In this document: piece by piece, positions 62,006-64,000 of the stretch
How the letters are laid out: the number at the start of each line of letters is the position of its first letter
How positions within the stretch are numbered: position 1 is the first letter of the stretch
Origin: an uncultured Nitrososphaerales archaeon
Lineage (GTDB): Archaea > Thermoproteota > Nitrososphaeria > Nitrososphaerales > Nitrososphaeraceae
NCBI GenBank assembly: GCA_963695855.1
Contig: CAVOHZ010000003.1
Location: 192,001 to 256,000, forward strand
Length of the DNA: 64,000 nucleotides
Direction of reading: 5' to 3'
The notes under the pieces: generated by a model
What the model saw: only the letters and a program-made list of their open reading frames with translations
The model's database searches: none
Told to the model about the DNA's origin: nothing
Position numbers and translations under genes: made by a program

Positions 62006-62127
62006 ATCATATCTTTGTTATCTTCGTCATTTATTTTATAGTCAAAATTATATATTTGAAAATAATTTAAATAAATAATCAGGAATAGAAATAGGGACTT
62101 GTTAATTATAAGATAGTATTTTCGTTA

Positions 62128-62643
62128 TTATTTCAATTCATCTTCGTCCAAAGGAAGTGAGAAACCACCCTCTTCAAGGGGAATATCGGTCATAGTTATC
62201 ATATCAAGAATATTGGAATCAAATTTTAGGTTTTGTTTAATTTTGCTTTTAAGATCGTTAATCACATCAGTAGTAGTAACTATTCCCAAAATATCATTAC
62301 CATCACTTACTGCCAGGTGTCTGATCCTCTTATCCACCATGAATTTAACTGCCTCTTTTATTGTAGAACCTTTATCTATCGTCAAAAGAGGAGAGGACAT
62401 TACGTTTTCGGCTGTAAGTGAGCTTGCTAAAATATCCTTGGCACAGATAGAACCCACTAGATCCCTCTCGGTAATGATGCCAATTATTTTATCAGATTCA
62501 CCTGTTACAGCTACGGAACTTATATTTTTTTTTATCATTAGTTTAGATATATCTGATGCAATACTTGATGAGTTTACCTTAACTATATTGTTACACATTA
62601 TTTGGGTTACGAATGTTTTTTCGGATTCTGCGCTATAATACAT
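62128..62643 (-). CDS. CBS-domain pair protein
   Basis: GIITERDL, VMSSPL, IRHL.V, GIVT..D. Confidence 0.92.
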   Translation of the reverse strand: MYYSAESEKTFVTQIMCNNIVKVNSSSIASDISKLMIKKNISSVAVTGESDKIIGIITERDLVGSICAKDILASSLTAENVMSSPLLTIDKGSTIKEAVKFMVDKRIRHLAVSDGNDILGIVTTTDVINDLKSKIKQNLKFDSNILDMITMTDIPLEEGGFSLPLDEDELK

Positions 62644-62805
62644 CCATATTATTTTTGAAATCTAGTTAAATAAAGATTTGTGAAATTTAATGAAATTTAT
62701 AATTACCTTATATGCAAGAGTAAATTATGGAAATCAGATGCTGTCATATGAAATTATAGGATAAAATGATTGACTTTTATTACTAGGAGGTAATAAAAAA
62801 TACAT

Positions 62806-63216
62806 TTGGGAAGATGGGATAGTGATACTAATAGATGGGATGACCACGGCAAAGAAAAACAATCGATTAGAGATTATAAAAAGATTGCCAAATATGTTAT
62901 AGCAGGTGGTTTCATAATAGTTGCAGTCATTGTCCTGATGGTTTTCTTTCCAAGGGCAGGATTATCAATTGAAATACAGGAGAGAGGAGAAGCAATGAAT
63001 ACAGTAAAAACCATTAGCATAAAAATCAATAACAATTATCCACAGGAACTCAAGAACGTTATTGTTCAATTTGGAGATAATGCAAGAAAACATTCTTTTG
63101 GAAATTTGGCACCATTTAGTTCAATATTTGTTACCCCTGATAATGAAGAATTGAAATTCGATAAGGTAATTGTTTCTGCTAATAACGGAGAATTTAACGC
63201 AGTGAAATACAAGTAA
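62806..63216 (+). CDS. Membrane-anchored hypothetical protein
   Basis: MGRWD N-terminus, one TM helix, beta-rich domain. Confidence 0.7.
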   Translation: MGRWDSDTNRWDDHGKEKQSIRDYKKIAKYVIAGGFIIVAVIVLMVFFPRAGLSIEIQERGEAMNTVKTISIKINNNYPQELKNVIVQFGDNARKHSFGNLAPFSSIFVTPDNEELKFDKVIVSANNGEFNAVKYK

Positions 63217-63294
63217 AGTGTAACTAACAGTTTTACGTTTGTGTATCTTCTTTAGTGGGGGATCGATTTACATATGCAATCAAAAAGAATAATC

Positions 63295-64000
63295 GCCTCT
63301 GTTAATTTAAGATAATATTCACCTCCTTTAACTGAAAATTAAAAGTATTATTTGCTATTGTATCATTATACATAGATACAAAGAATTGTATCCAATTATA
63401 AACATGAAATAAATTACATTCCATTTGTCTACATGGATAATAGTCATCAAAAGATTCAGTTCTATCCTTGAAATACTGGTTAACTCTTTCCATCAAACTT
63501 TTCTGAAATGGTGAATGCAAATAGTGTTTTAATCCAATTATGTTACATGCTTCATCATACCATGTACCACCGTCAGTATAAACTGTATGTTTGCCATATT
63601 TTTCAACCAGTGAACGAATAAATTTTTCAGCAACAATCATATTCCTATCTTCTGATATATAGATTCCAAGCACGGAACTGTGTACTGGTTCAATACAAAA
63701 CCATAGCCAAAAATGCCGACCACCAATCTGAATAATAGTTTCATCTATTATGAATGCAGATACTCTTTTCCTTTTGTATATCTGCAATGAACCAAACCTT
63801 TGTATCCAATTCCAAACAGAAAGATGACTTCTTTTATCGTCCTCGAAAATTATTAGTGCTTTAGAAGTATTACGTAAACTGAGACCAAGAAAGTATAGAT
63901 AAAGAGAATACATTACTACAATTGTGGATGTTCTATTTCGTTCAAATCTAATATTCATACTATATAGATTAGAAATAGAATGTTCACAGCTAAATCTAGA
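63295..64000 (-). mobile_element. IS6-family insertion sequence; one end runs off the window
   Basis: Transposase ORF plus IR-like GCCTCTGTTAATTTAA at 63295, overlapping the stop codon; the window end CTAAATCTAGA resembles the inner part of the opposite IR. Confidence 0.75.
63302..63958 (-). CDS. IS6-family DDE transposase
   Basis: [16 protein letters not shown]; IDET, TDGG.WY, ER....KDR catalytic triad. Confidence 0.92.
   Translation of the reverse strand: MNIRFERNRTSTIVVMYSLYLYFLGLSLRNTSKALIIFEDDKRSHLSVWNWIQRFGSLQIYKRKRVSAFIIDETIIQIGGRHFWLWFCIEPVHSSVLGIYISEDRNMIVAEKFIRSLVEKYGKHTVYTDGGTWYDEACNIIGLKHYLHSPFQKSLMERVNQYFKDRTESFDDYYPCRQMECNLFHVYNWIQFFVSMYNDTIANNTFNFQLKEVNIILN

Overview
AT-rich chromosomal segment of an ammonia-oxidising archaeon, most likely Nitrososphaeraceae (Thaumarchaeota). 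The assignment is inferred from archaeal information genes (radA, rpl21e, rpo4, rpo7, spt4, rps30e), cofE and family-typical hypothetical proteins. Bases 1 to ~42.7 kb are mostly housekeeping: tRNA-Gly(GCC), sufB/sufD/Rieske, the sirC-hemA-hemB-hemL-hemC-cobA-hemD tetrapyrrole operon, the radA-rpl21e-rpo4-DUF655-ksgA-hemK cluster, leuB/C/D-type genes, nadX/nadA/nadC, Mrp and DUF359. From ~42.7 kb to the end the sequence is accessory: decayed paralogues, a truncated TIR domain joined to a frameshifted OmpA-like + HExxH effector-like remnant, an HTH/coiled-coil gene with a 21-bp-phased repeat array at its promoter, an orphan Dam methylase, secreted phosphoesterases, a GT-C glycosyltransferase and an IS6 element. 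Features missed by the ORF track include three box C/D sRNAs (one apparently guiding 23S helices 69/71), rps30e and six Cys/His-rich microproteins. The best candidates for undescribed systems are the repeat array + HTH/coiled-coil gene (48.4-49.8 kb), the wHTH + AAA+-type ATPase operon (2.7-5.8 kb) and the TIR/effector remnant (46.9-47.9 kb). All family calls come from motif recognition; no database searches were run.
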